This document shows, piece after piece, positions 1 to 11,795 of a stretch of DNA of 32,806 nucleotides. The notes below the pieces were generated by a model. That model was not told the origin of the DNA. It searched no databases and saw only the letters and a list, made by a program, of their open reading frames with translations. The stretch spans positions 10,935,077 through 10,967,882 of the forward strand of contig NC_068999.1 in the NCBI RefSeq assembly GCF_001194135.2, read 5' to 3'. Position 1 is the stretch's first letter, and each line of letters begins with the position of its first letter. The stretch comes from Octopus bimaculoides. Lineage: Eukaryota. A program made the position numbers and the translations under genes.

Positions 1-79
<79 letters not shown>

Positions 80-226
80 ATACAATAGTCTTCTTTCAGT
101 TTCTGCCTATTAAATCCACTCACAAGGCTTTGGTCAACCCGAGGCTAAACTTAGGATAAACTTACCCAAGGTGACAAACAGTGGGACTGAACTCGGAACC
201 ATGTGGTTGGTAAGCAAGCTATATAC
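1..226 (-). mobile_element. tRNA-headed SINE, 5' half, running into a (TG)n tract (plus-strand (CA)n at 1-80)
   Basis: Reverse complement reads AGCTTGCTTACCAACCACATGGTTCCGAGTTCAGTCCCACT...AAGCCTTGTGAGTGGATT...GAAACTGAAAGAAG and then (TG)n, with a B-box-like GAGTTCAGTCCC. The same motifs recur at 13915-14010 and 22508-22575. Confidence 0.8.
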
Positions 227-1129
227 CTTACAGACACTCCTGCGCCTATATACGTATATGTGTGTGTGTGTGTGTGCGCGTGTGTGTATGTGTGTGTGTG
301 TGTATATACATATATGCATATATTCATAGACATATATACATATGAATATATTTACTTATGTTTATGCATGGTGAAGAAAAATGCTGAAGATTTCCTCTTA
401 TATTGAACAATCATACTCAAACTTAATATTAAAGTGATGTTTCAACCATCCTTAATAGCTGGTAGGCACTAACATTTCATAAAATAACATTGCAATAGGT
501 AGAAATCATCCAACGCAATTATTGACACTTTTGTGCATCGTTTTAAATTTATTTGATTATAGTTTCCTTTAAATATATTATAGTACATCACTATTTAGCA
601 TAATATTGAATGACAATCAAAATTTTAAGCAACGACTATTGCAAAATTCTGATAAGGGATTGTAACAATAATTTGTTTTTTCTAAATTAGTTTAAAAGAT
701 TATATGTATAAATATATTGTTGAATATAACGGTGTCTGTTTAACATTGCTACAAAATATATCTTCTCTTGAAATAAAAGCGAACACCTGAGGTGGCAACG
801 TTTTGGTTTTGTACAAATGAATAAATGATAAGGAGAAACGTAGAAGGTATTTCTTACTTGAGATTGAGTCTAGACACTACAGTAATATTTGTGTATTGTG
901 AAAATAATCGATTAATTTGATTGCATTATTTTATCGAGAATTTTTTTAATATCGATCATAAATAGGATGAATGATAAATATTTACATATTGAAATAAATA
1001 GAAGAAAAAAAGACACTAGTTCGGAAAGAAATCAACATAAAGTTATAATACCTAAATAGTATATAAATATCCATCGATAAAAAAATTTACTCCGTTTATC
1101 TTGGTTCAAGGATTATGCCGATTATGTGT

Positions 1130-1582
1130 AGGTGTGTAGCGTGTGATCATCATATTGACCGTGACAGAGAAAATTCTCATGGTGATACCAGCTCAGAGGT
1201 CTACGCAACGCTGCTGAAAGTGTTCGCAGAGGAGTGCATGAGCCACACACAAGTGTACGTGTGACTCAGGCGTTTCCAAGAAGGCTGAAAAAATGTAGAC
1301 GTAGTTTCAAGGAGACCCGCAACCAGCAGAACTGAGGAAAACATTGCAGATATGCGTGCAGCTGTGAGGAGAAATCGTCGAATGACCATCCGTATCTCAT
1401 CAGATGATGCACAGATTAGTTACGGTTTAGTTCAGTTGATTAACACTGACGATTTTGGTATGAGAAACGTGTCTGCCAAATTTGTACCAAAACTGCTTTC
1501 AGCTGACAAAAAATGCACACGAGTTTCAGTTGCACAAGATCTTCTTGATAGTGTCGAGAACGACGAAAACTTCTTGAAAATT
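1130..1582 (+). mobile_element. mariner transposase fragment (N-terminal HTH region up to just before the first catalytic D), decayed
   Basis: Translation across stops and frameshifts: GDTSSEVYATLLKVFAEECMSHTQVY...RPATSRTEENIADMRAAVRRNRRMTIR...LGMR-like FGMRNVSAKFVPKLLSADKKCTRVSVAQDLLDSVENDENFLK. AKFVPKLL corresponds to the mariner WVPHEL linker. It stops before the ITGDETW motif. Confidence 0.9.
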
Positions 1583-1859
1583 TTGCGTAGACCTCTGAGC
1601 AGGCATCACCAGAGCTTTGCAAAATTTGATGCAGATTTCTCTGCTCGACTTTCTCCGTCGTGGTCAATGCGACGATCACACGCTGCACACCTTCCTTCCA
1701 AGCATTGCTGTAAACAGTGGGAATAAGCTAGAACGTTAAAACGTACTGCACATGCGCAGGAGAGTTAAACGTCAATCTGTACCAAGCGCCTTCAATCTGC
1801 CTGCCTAGACTTCGTTACTATAGCAACAGTCGGGATACTTACTAATCAGACTACACATA
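1583..1859 (-). mobile_element. inverted 5' end of the same mariner family (TIR, 5' UTR, first ~25 codons)
   Basis: Minus strand gives TEKVEQR-ICIKFCKALGDACSEVYA with two compensating frameshifts, a typical mariner N-terminus. 1583-1692 is the reverse complement of 1130-1208. It ends in a TIR-like CAGTCGGGATACTTACTAATCAGACTACACA followed by TA at 1858-1859. Confidence 0.8.
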
Positions 1860-2162
1860 CACATATAATTATAAATATGTATGTATATTATGTACAAATA
1901 TAAGCATATTTGTACGTTGTAATAAGAACTCTACGAAGGTCTTGTTTATATGTATATGTATGTATGCCTCGGTGTTGATATCTTGTTCTTTTAAAGAGTA
2001 TATTTTAGCCACAATTGCATCAATTATTTCAACAACTGCACACGTTCACACACTTTAACGCTCATACGTACACACACCCGCTGACTCACGCACAGGTTCA
2101 TGCGTCACTGAACTATGTATGGGGGACTGCTTTTATGCGTGTGTGTATGAGTGTGTATGTAC

Positions 2163-2197
<35 letters not shown>

Positions 2198-2594
2198 TGT
2201 GTGTATGATTGACCGTGCTTGCGTTTAAATGCATCTCTGTTTGCATTTGCGTAATTGTGTGTGTCAAACGTAGTCTTGCATGTCAAATGCGTTGTTTGTG
2301 TTTCAACAACTCTAATCATCAGCGCGCAAAGAGTAAGAACTGAGAGAGATACTGAGAGAGAGAGAGAGAAAAAACTGAGAGAGAGAGAAAAAACTGAGAG
2401 AGATAGAAAGAGAGAGTGGAGAGAGCGTAGGAAACCAATCCTGAACTGAAGATCAACCGTCTGAATTGTGCCACTCCATTGGCACGCCGACGTTCAACTG
2501 TGTACGTCTCCACGAACTCGAAAACTGCCGGTGTCACGTACACGGTGCTTTCTCTACCGTGAACGATGCCGATCGTTTTTATAAGTACACTGCG

Positions 2595-3250
2595 TTTATC
2601 ATCAACATCATCGACATCATCATAATCGCCATCTTCCTCCTTCTCATCATCATCATCATCATCAACGGCATCATCCCCATCATGATCGTCATCATCATCA
2701 TCATCATCATCGTCGTCGCCATCATCATCATCACCAACATCAACTTCATCATCACCGTCATCATCAACGTCATCGTCTTCCTCGTCTCCCCTGTTGATAT
2801 TGTTCTCGTCGTCGTCGCCGACATGACCGTCGTCGTCATCTGCCTCCTCGTCCTCGTCCTCCTCCTCGTCCACCCCCTCCTCGTCCTCCTCCTCCTCGTC
2901 CTCTTCATCCTCCTCGTCCACCCCCTCCTCGTCCTCCTCCTCCTCGACCTCCTTCCCCACGTCCTCCTCCTCCTCGTCCTCCTCGTCCTCCTCGTCCTCC
3001 TCGTTCCCCCCTCCTCTTCCACCTCGTCCTCCTCGTCCTCCTCCTCGTCCTCCTCCTCCTCCTCATCATCATCATCACGAATAATATTTTCATTGTTATC
3101 ATTACTCTTTACTATTATCATCACCATCCACGCCATCATCATCCATGTAGTAGTTGCTATTCTTGTTATTGATTATGATGATGACGATGATGATGATGAT
3201 GGTGGTGGTGGTGGTGGTGCTGGTGCTGGTGTTGATGATGATTATCAAAA
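2595..3250. repeat. compound trinucleotide array (ATC/GTC/CTC)n grading into (GAT/GGT)n
   Basis: Seen directly. It explains the poly-D/E, poly-I/L and poly-M/R ORFs in the track. Confidence 0.95.
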
Positions 3251-3487
3251 CGACAACGCCGACGATGAGCATATTGTTGCTGCATCTTTTGTCTGTGTTT
3301 TTATATTATCACTTTCTGTTGATTGTTTCCACTGAGGGATAAGAAGTGTATATTTTTCTGAATTTCGTAGAAGTTTTGTTTTTTTTAAAAAATTTTTATC
3401 CTGTGTGTTTAATTAGTTTTATTTTTTTCCCATCCCCTTCCAGTTTATTTGTTATTCCTGTTCCATTTGAGATATGTTTAATTAATT

Positions 3488-3500
3488 TTCTTTATTATTA

Positions 3501-3561
<61 letters not shown>

Positions 3562-3606
3562 CATTATTATTATTATTATTATCGTTATTATTATTATTAT
3601 TATTAT
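3488..3606. repeat. (TAT)n microsatellite
   Basis: Seen directly; nearly pure ATT triplets. Confidence 0.95.
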
Positions 3607-3689
3607 CGATCATGTTCTATTATTTAACACTGCTGTGTCTTTATATTTGTGCTTCTGATGATGACAATGAGACAATGACGCCTATAAGG

Positions 3690-3737
<48 letters not shown>

Positions 3738-3852
3738 CGATGATGATCATGATGACGATGATGCTAACGATGATGGTACTCATACACTTATTCGTCATCA
3801 TCATCATTATGGTAATCATCGTCATCATCATCGTCGTCGTCGTCGTCATCAT
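3690..3852. repeat. (GAT)n followed by (ATC/GTC)n microsatellite
   Basis: Seen directly. Confidence 0.9.
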
Positions 3853-3971
3853 CAAAATTTACGCTCTATTTTCACTGCTAGAGTGTGTTATGAACCCCGA
3901 AAGGATAAAATGCAAAGTTGACCTCAGTTGCATTCGAGACCAGGGCGTAATATCTGTCAGTAAACAACTGA

Positions 3972-3996
3972 AAAAGAAGAAGAAGAAGAAGAAGAA

Positions 3997-4028
<32 letters not shown>

Positions 4029-4322
4029 AGAAGAAGGAGAAGAAGAAGAAGGGGAAGGAGAAGAAGAAGAAGAAGAAGAAGAAGAAGAAGAAGAAGAAGA
4101 AGAAGGAGGAGGAGAAGAAGCAGAAGAAGAAGAAGAAGAAGAAGAGGAGGAGGAGGAGGAGAAGAAAAAGAAGAAGCAGAAGAAGAAGAAGAAGAAGGGG
4201 AAGGAGAAGAAGAAGAAGAAGAAGAAGAAGAAGGAGGAGAAGAAGAAGCAGAAGAAGAAGAAGAAGAAGAAGAAGAAGAAGAAGAAGAAGAAGAAGAAGA
4301 AGAAGAAGGAGAAGAAGAAGCC
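3972..4322. repeat. (GAA)n/(GGA)n polypurine array, ~350 bp
   Basis: Seen directly; interrupted only by a few GCA triplets. Confidence 0.95.
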
Positions 4323-4475
4323 AAAATCGAGCAACAATATGTAGAAGAAAATGGAGAATAATAACAGAATGCTGAAACAAGACAAAAAGCTAAAATAAAT
4401 TGAAGATGGGAACGAAAACTGCGTGGAATGATCAATAAATATAGATAAGAAGACAGTAAGTAAAAAGGAAGACGA

Positions 4476-4507
<32 letters not shown>

Positions 4508-4936
4508 AGAAAGAAAGTAGGAAGAAAGAAAAGGGAAGGGACGATAGAAGGAAATATACAAATAGTGCGAAGGAAATAGCTATAAAGTAAGGGGAAAAAA
4601 CGGGAAAAAAAATTCTGCATAAAAATCTTTTTAAAGAATGCAGTAAAAAAAAAATGATGGAATCGCAAGATGTGTAGACTGACATAAAATAATGTAGAAG
4701 AATGAAAAAAAAAGGGAAAAAACAAACAAACGAAACAGAGTGGAAGGTGAATATATCAGTGAAGTAAAAAATAAAAATGGAAAGGTGAGACGAAGAACAC
4801 AAGATCGATGTGACTTAAGCAATGGCCGACAGTAAGGAAATATAGGAAATGACGTGAAATGAATGCGTTTATGTTTCCTCTAAACACACGCACACATACC
4901 CGCACGAACATACATAATGCAAATGTATAATGTGTG

Positions 4937-4979
<43 letters not shown>

Positions 4980-5959
4980 GTATTCACATGCATACTCAAG
5001 CACACTAACAAACACACTCACACATATAAACATAATATATGTGTGTGTGCATATATGTATATATATTTCAATATATGTATTAGATATGCATGTATACATA
5101 TGCACACATGCATATACACAGATATCTGTCTCCCCGTGTGTTTGTGTATGTGTGGGAATGTATAAACTAAAATACTTGGAGAAAGTAAATATTTAGTGAT
5201 GCAAACGTAAGTGAAGAATTTTCAATGATTATCCTTTGAATAGGCAGCTCACCAACATTAGCCAATATTACGACACATGCATCATCACTAACACAACACC
5301 AAGAAGAAAACAAAAAAAAGCAATAACGACAAGAACAACAATAAAAAAAAAACGACAACAAAAACGATAATAATACGAGCAACACAAAAGAAGAAAAAAT
5401 ATATGAATGGAAAATTAGGAGCGCGAATATAGATTGTCTAACGGAATGGAAGAATAGTGGTAAAATATATATCCGTTTCACATGGGTGAACAGATAAGGT
5501 GAAAAAAACGTAACTGTTAGGGTGATATTAATCTACTGATAAAGTAGCTGGTTAATAAAATGTCAAGGAAGAGATCATTAATCAGGTCTGTGAGCGTACA
5601 TTTTAAAATATACTTACTAGTATAGACTAAGGTTAAAGAGAATAAGATACACAAGATCGCATTAACAAACAAGTATAATAGATATGCAAACATGCATGTG
5701 TGTATAAATTTACGCATAGACATCTGCACACGTATCTACACTGGCAGGAGATCGCATCACACATTCTATATCGGAACTTCAACAAACCTATACATATATA
5801 CACGTAGATATATACACACGTTCAAGTTTGCAAACATGTATTGTTGGATGTAAGTCTGAAACATGTATATATTCTACGTTATTTTATCGATCTCTATATC
5901 TGCATTCAGACAAATATTTGTAAATAAGTAAATATGTATGTGTGTGAGGATTTCCTTCT

Positions 5960-5998
5960 ATGCATCCATCCATCCGTCCGTCCGTCACTCCTTCTGTT

Positions 5999-6029
<31 letters not shown>

Positions 6030-6099
6030 ATATCTATCTATCTATCTATCTATGAATCAATCAATCTATGAATCAATCAATCTATCTATCTATCTATCC

Positions 6100-6153
<54 letters not shown>

Positions 6154-6165
6154 TTATATATCTAT
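5960..6165. repeat. (TCCA/TCTG/TCTA/TCAA)n tetranucleotide array
   Basis: Seen directly. Confidence 0.9.
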
Positions 6166-6167
6166 AT

Positions 6168-6830
6168 AAGGAAGCGTTACAGAACTTCATGCACCGCATG
6201 CAAATCCCTGAATATGGACAGAAATATAGGATTCAAGTATACAGGCATGAGAGAAAGAAGTTAGCACTTTATGTAATGAAACCTCTGGTACTCCGCCTTA
6301 GATTCAAAGATAAAGACTGGAATAGGACACAGAAAGTTTGAGACAATAATACAAGCACGATGAACACATGGTATAAAGCTGACAAATATCAAGGAGTGAT
6401 GTTTGAAGAGTCCACACCCCATGGGGAACTAGTCCTTAGATTTAGGAGAGCTCTGAAGGAGACCAAACTCCGCACTAATTTGAAAAGCCATGGAGTTCTA
6501 TGAGATGACAGTGATGTAGGACGTACTCCTTCGAAAATACTACGTTCACCAATGAGAACTGCATGGTACGTGAGATTAACCCCGGCATTAACTGTAGAAC
6601 TAGAAATGTATTCTAGAGCATAAGGTGCTTAGAGGGTTCTTGTTAAGACGATAACATGGTGTATATTGATGTGACATCAAGAAGCATTGGAGAGAGATTC
6701 CGTGACCATTTGAGATAATATGATGACAGTCCTCCATATTCTACCATCACGACGATGACCAAAATGGAGTTACAATGGGCCGACTTGCAATCCGCAATTT
6801 ATCAAGCACCCAGAGGACCAATGACTCAAT
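6168..6830 (+). mobile_element. Penelope-like retroelement fragment: RT C-terminal/linker region plus GIY-YIG endonuclease, decayed
   Basis: Manual translation: [24 protein letters not shown]...KDWNRTQKV*...NTWYKADKYQGVMFEESTPHGELVLRFRRALKETKL, then in another frame FENTTFTNENCMVREINPGINCRTRNVF*SIRC...VYIDVTSRSIGERFRDHL. The latter matches the VxYxIxC...YIGETxR...R..EH pattern of PLE GIY-YIG domains, preceded by a Cys-rich linker. Confidence 0.75.
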
Positions 6831-6875
6831 CAAATACAGGAGTAATTAACGTTAATTCTTTTCCGTATATTTGAG

Positions 6876-6906
<31 letters not shown>

Positions 6907-7736
6907 NNNNNNNNNNNNNNNNNNNNNNNNNNNNNNNNNNNNNNNNNNNNNNNNNNNNNNNNNNNNNNNNNNNNNNNNNNNNNNNNNNNNNNNNNNNNNN
7001 NNNNNNNNNNNNNNNNNNNNNNNNNNNNNNNNNNNNNNNNNNNNNNNNNNNNNNNNNNNNNNNNNNNNNNNNNNNNNNNNNNNNNNNNNNNNNNNNNNNN
7101 NNNNNNNNNNNNNNNNNNNNNNNNNNNNNNNNNNNNNNNNNNNNNNNNNNNNNNNNNNNNNNNNNNNNNNNNNNNNNNNNNNNNNNNNNNNNNNNNNNNN
7201 NNNNNNNNNNNNNNNNNNNNNNNNNNNNNNNNNNNNNNNNNNNNNNNNNNNNNNNNNNNNNNNNNNNNNNNNNNNNNNNNNNNNNNNNNNNNNNNNNNNN
7301 NNNNNNNNNNNNNNNNNNNNNNNNNNNNNNNNNNNNNNNNNNNNNNNNNNNNNNNNNNNNNNNNNNNNNNNNNNNNNNNNNNNNNNNNNNNNNNNNNNNN
7401 NNNNNNNNNNNNNNNNNNNNNNNNNNNNNNNNNNNNNNNNNNNNNNNNNNNNNNNNNNNNNNNNNNNNNNNNNNNNNNNNNNNNNNNNNNNNNNNNNNNN
7501 NNNNNNNNNNNNNNNNNNNNNNNNNNNNNNNNNNNNNNNNNNNNNNNNNNNNNNNNNNNNNNNNNNNNNNNNNNNNNNNNNNNNNNNNNNNNNNNNNNNN
7601 NNNNNNNNNNNNNNNNNNNNNNNNNNNNNNNNNNNNNNNNNNNNNNNNNNNNNNNNNNNNNNNNNNNNNNNNNNNNNNNNNNNNNNNNNNNNNNNNNNNN
7701 NNNNNNNNNNNNNNNNNNNNNNNNNNNNNNNNNNNN
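6907..7736. other. assembly gap (830 N)
   Basis: N-run flanked by (AT)n and (TG)n. Confidence 1.
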
Positions 7737-9115
7737 TGTGTGTGTGTGTGTGTATGTGTGTGTGTGTGTGTGTGTGTCTGTATGCATATATATGCAGTTC
7801 AAATTTAAAGAATGAAAAGAGGGAGACAGGTGAAGTAACAACAAGCAGATGTATTAGTTTAACGCTCAGGAAGAATGAGAAAGTACATGGCGATTTGAGC
7901 CTACGTGCTTCGGCAGATATGATTGAGAAAAAAATGGAGAGAGAAGGACAAACAAGAGGAGAGAGAAAAACAATATGTAGAGATTAACGGTTCAACATTA
8001 TGAATATATATACTGAGAGAGAGAGAGGGGGGGGAATTGTTTTATGTCATATACATGAAATTATATATATATATATTTATATATAGCCGCAAAACCTAAT
8101 CTTTATATACCCGCACAACCTCATGATAAACAACTGCGGCCTTCTGGATGATATACTATCATGATTATTGCTTGATGCAACCATATTGGAGAATGTAGAT
8201 CAGAGATTTTTAGCGAGATAATACTCCCGAATACTTTCTATATAATGAAAGCCTATTCCAAAACGAGCTAATATCGTTAACTCTTTTCATAGCACCTGGA
8301 TGCATGCTATAAAGCCATTCCTTTTAAAATGTTTATATTTAAGTTTATATTTAATCATAACATCAAACGAATCGAACGTTATTTTATCTTGTTGTTAATT
8401 TTGTAATTGTTTCGTGTGATTTTCTGTTTTTAATTTGATGTAATGACTTGCATTTTTATAATGACTTATAATTCGCTAACCAACTGTTTCATTCAAGGAA
8501 AACTCAACATTTACAAAGACGTCTTTTCGAGCGTGAATTCCACTCAGTGTTTTTGACTAATTAACGGCAGATTATTTCCAACTGTATTGTTCTTGAGAAA
8601 ATCTTCGTTGATTTCAACAAATCACATTATCCGTTTACTCGTTGATCCGTTTATCTTAGTGCCATTAAGAGAAAGAAAGCGAAGTAAAATGAGAAAGAGA
8701 GAGAAAGAAAGAGAAAATGAGAGAGAAATAAAGAAAGTTGGGGAGGGAGTAGAGATTGGAATAGAGGAGGGTAAGAGCAGATAAAGTGAGGAATTCCGAG
8801 GAAAAGAGATATATATATATAGAGAGAGAGCGGAGGAGTGAGTGAAAGATATAGAGAGAAGGAGAGAGAGCTAGAAGGAGAGATAGAGATGCTAATACTA
8901 ACCTGAAAAAATCGTCGTAAGCGTTATAGTTAGATGTGAATTCATTTGTTTCTCCATAGTATTAATAGGCGTAGAGAGAGACACACACATATACACATGT
9001 CTATATGTAAGAATATGACGATGTACATACATATATGTATGTGAGTGTGTGTCTGTTTTCTGTCTGTGTATGTCTGTATGTATGCACTTGTGTGTGTGTA
9101 TCTATATGCATATGG

Positions 9116-9175
<60 letters not shown>

Positions 9176-9177
<2 letters not shown>

Positions 9178-10872
9178 CATTATGCAGTAGGGCTTCCCTC
9201 CAAGATTTTCCTGATGTATATAACTGCATGTCTACCCCACGTTAATTTTAAGGAGTAGAGTCTTTTAGCCTTCATTAGTAGCTGACACGTTGCATTGAGA
9301 AAATATTCTTTGCGTAACTTCGCTGGATAGATTTGAGTTCCGCTCTCAATTTTATACATTGCGCTGACTATAGATAGGAGCTGTAATCTAAGCGGGCGAG
9401 GTCATGTCCTGCAGAGGAGCATCATGGTGTCCTGTTCTCTTGTTCTGAAAGTTCGAAGGATCCATCTGTCCAGCTGCCTGCATTTTGTTGCCCATTCGGT
9501 AATATGCACCTGGAACGATGCCTTATTACGATACAGTGATTTCAATTTCTCTTGGGCCGATGTATTCTTTCTGCACCTCATTTACCGCTCAGTTTTGTAC
9601 GCTGGTAGCCCAGGGCTTGGAAAATTCCAGCATTAACCTGGATGATATTGCTTTCAGCTCACTTTTATGTTGCATGCAATTTCTGTTGCATGCACGCAAT
9701 ATTTCCAGGTTTTTGCATCCTCTGAGTAGCATTTGAATCGTTTGCGCAGCTAGCAAAAGGAGCAGCTGAGGCCATGTCTGAGAGGGCCATTACAGATAGC
9801 CGTCACCCTGAGTCAATTCCCTGTCACTGTTTGTGTTTCCTTAGAGGTAACTCCATTGATCACAACTGACTGACTTCTGTATTTTAGAAAATAATGTAGC
9901 CATTCTGCAGGTTTTCCGACTATGCCGAGATCCCGTAACATGCTCTCCGAGGTTTCCGACTATGCCGAGACCACGTAGCTTGTAACGTACCATACAATGA
10001 CCGAATTTATCAAAATCCTTTGCAAAGTATAGATATATGACGTCCACATTTGAGTTGTTGAGCAGCGGATTTTACATCTGGTCGTAGCACTTCAGAAACT
10101 GTCAGTAAGCATCTATCTGGTCGAGGCCCGTTCTGGTTGTCAGTCAGCAAGTTATTCTGTGCAAGGAACGCAAACAGTTTCCTGCGAACTTCTCCTTCCA
10201 AGACTTTACATTTATGCGATGCTAGATAGTCCTTTAGTTTTAGCACCTTCTCTTCTTTCTCCTTCATTGATAGGGTATATTATTTCCTCTTTCAATGTGC
10301 CTGAGTGCTTACCACTTGCAACGAAGCTCTCTCTCAAAGAAGCTGTCATGTTACTGTCATGTTGTTTTCAAGCGGGACTTCTCACTACTTTTAAGATATA
10401 TTTTCAGGTTGTTTGCAAACTTTGTACGTTCTTTCATAAGAATTTTCCTTGCTCTTGGGATCTCGTTCTTGTGTGTGTACTGGTTTTGTGCTCTAGGACA
10501 GATTTCTCGCATATGACCTACATTACGTATATGAAATAGTTGAGTTTCTTGTACATGTCTAGGGGGGAGAGACATTTTAGCCAAACCTCCTTGAGCATCA
10601 TTTTCACAATCGATTTCCACTTTGCTTTTTGAAAGTTCAGACTGGGGATATAATGAGTGCTTCGTAGAAGCTGCTTCTCTGCAGGTGCCTTTGGTCCATA
10701 CAAAGAGAACTCTATTATGCTGTGGTCTGTGTATAGCATCGATGTTAATTGCACACTACCTATAATATCCAAATTGTTTGTGAAGCAGAGATCTAGCATA
10801 TCATTTGCTCTGGTTCGTATGAGCACAATTTGCTCCATAAATAAAGCATTGGTAACGTTGTGCAGGGTCTCC
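9176..10872 (-). mobile_element. CR1/L2-group LINE ORF2 remnant (APE endonuclease C-terminus, linker, RT), heavily decayed
   Basis: Minus-strand peptides: EQIVLIRTRANDMLDLCFTNN...TDHSIIEF...LNFQKAKW (APE end); LASHKCKVLE...NNLLTDNQNGPRPDR (RT start); DVIYLYFAKDFDKFGH...KLRGLGIVG (the YLDFAKAFD motif); ELKSIQRSYAK and LYSL...AVIYIRKILEG (CR1-type C-terminus). Confidence 0.9.
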
Positions 10873-10875
10873 ACC

Positions 10876-11103
10876 TGTGTATGTTTGTCTGTCTGTGTTT
10901 GTCCCCCCAACCACCATCGCTTGACAACCGATGTTGGTGCATTTACATCCTAGTAACTTAGCAGTTCGGTAAAAGAGACCGATAGAATAAGTACTAGACT
11001 TACAACGAATAAGTCCTGGGGTCGATTTGTTCGACTAAAGGCGGTGCTCCAGCATAGCCGCCGTCAAAATGAGTGAAACAAGTAAAAGAATAAAAGAATA
11101 AAA
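10876..11103 (+). mobile_element. SINE, 3' half, with a (TAAAAGAA)n tail
   Basis: GTTTGTCCCCCC...CGCTTGACAACCGATG...GATAGAATAAGTACTAG...CCTGGGGTCGATTTGTTCGACTAAAGGCGGTGCTCCAGCAT...GAAACAAGTAAAAGAATAAAAGAATA. Homologous to 29356-29545 and to the reverse complement of 13720-13900. Confidence 0.85.
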
Positions 11104-11143
11104 TACATATATATATATATATATATATACATGCATACATATA

Positions 11144-11494
11144 NNNNNNNNNNNNNNNNNNNNNNNNNNNNNNNNNNNNNNNNNNNNNNNNNNNNNNNNN
11201 NNNNNNNNNNNNNNNNNNNNNNNNNNNNNNNNNNNNNNNNNNNNNNNNNNNNNNNNNNNNNNNNNNNNNNNNNNNNNNNNNNNNNNNNNNNNNNNNNNNN
11301 NNNNNNNNNNNNNNNNNNNNNNNNNNNNNNNNNNNNNNNNNNNNNNNNNNNNNNNNNNNNNNNNNNNNNNNNNNNNNNNNNNNNNNNNNNNNNNNNNNNN
11401 NNNNNNNNNNNNNNNNNNNNNNNNNNNNNNNNNNNNNNNNNNNNNNNNNNNNNNNNNNNNNNNNNNNNNNNNNNNNNNNNNNNNNNNNNNNNNN
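11144..11494. other. assembly gap (351 N)
   Basis: N-run flanked by (AT)n and (CT)n. Confidence 1.
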
Positions 11495-11538
<44 letters not shown>

Positions 11539-11754
11539 CATTTCTCAAGCCAACAGGTCCATTTTTGTTTCCACTTTCAACCGATAATTTAGATAGGACA
11601 AATCCACCCAGCTCCACTCATAAAACTGCTATCTCTAATTAGCTCTTAATTTTCTTAGCTCTACATTTTCATCTTCTTCTTCTTCTTTCAGTTATTGATT
11701 TATTTCTTTATCTATTTCTTTATTTGTTTGCTTATTTCTAATTTCGTATCGCTG

Positions 11755-11795
<41 letters not shown>

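Noticed and set aside
2319-2960. 213-aa acidic (poly-D/E) ORF and the overlapping 289-aa and 187-aa ORFs
   Set aside because: They arise from stop-free triplet repeats open in several frames on both strands, with no splice context or domain.
3689-4802. Poly-K/R, poly-L/F and poly-S ORFs of 170-280 aa
   Set aside because: Translations of (GAT)n and (GAA)n arrays.
5253-5287. Minus-strand 35-nt segment with good acceptor and GTGAGC donor (DDACVVILANV)
   Set aside because: No recognisable homology, and similar AG/GT pairs occur on both strands at about chance frequency. Unresolved without RNA-seq.
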